64,000 nucleotides of DNA, taken from positions 1,553,249-1,617,248 of the forward strand of contig MU058241.1 of assembly GCA_013265495.1 (NCBI GenBank), given 5' to 3'. Within the stretch, counting starts at the first letter, position 1; each line of letters begins with the position of its first letter. The stretch comes from Vicugna vicugna. Lineage: Eukaryota. Below the pieces are notes generated by a model. It was not told the DNA's origin and did not search any database. It worked only from the letters and a program-made list of their open reading frames with translations. The translations under genes and the position numbers were made by a program. Below are positions 63,711-64,000 of the stretch, in pieces.

Positions 63711-63963
63711 ATTTTGTTTTGAGTGAAACACACATTCACAGCCACTAGGGAAATTACATGGTCACTGACAGCATCAGGTCACTTCCACCGAAACATGGGG
63801 CAGAAAGCTACTTGGAAAGAGACTGTTGGACTTGATGAATTTCTTCCTTTCATGAAAACCACTGCATCTCTGTCCTCCTCCATTATTGAGGGATTGAGAA
63901 CCTGGAAGTTTAACTTGATGATATAATTCGTACTGCAGACTAAGAGGCCTTATGTCCTTTGAG

Positions 63964-64000
63964 TTTTTTTCTTTTTTTTTTTTTGTGGTTTATTTTGGTG
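63964..64000 (-). mobile_element. Probable SINE tail cut by the window edge
   Basis: polyT followed by ggtttattttggtg, the same string as in the tail of the SINE at 29354-29522. Confidence 0.5.

Overview
Mammalian, most likely camelid, genomic DNA. The species call rests on 11 complete-or-partial copies plus one edge fragment of a tRNA-Ala(AGC)-derived SINE matching camelid Vic-1, and on artiodactyl-type L1 3' ends. The only protein-coding sequence I can support is the last two coding exons of STS (steroid sulfatase) on the minus strand, 62604-62725 and 49515-49888. They are joined by a 12.7-kb GT-AG intron, and the 3' UTR runs leftward to candidate polyA signals near 48.99, 48.87 and 46.76 kb. 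The left ~45 kb is intergenic sequence downstream of STS, made of SINE, L1, L2, MIR, MaLR LTR, MER20 and Charlie remnants with a few repeat-poor blocks. Nearly all other listed ORFs are chance ORFs or L1 debris. I see no convincing undescribed biological system. The best second-look items are a SINE-donated AATAAA in the STS 3' UTR, a strongly AT-to-GC-shifted L1 copy (possible GC-biased gene conversion), two L1 copies sharing one 5' truncation point, a 148/150-bp tandem duplication, and several structurally odd SINE copies. Repeat subfamily names and boundaries were assigned by eye and are approximate.
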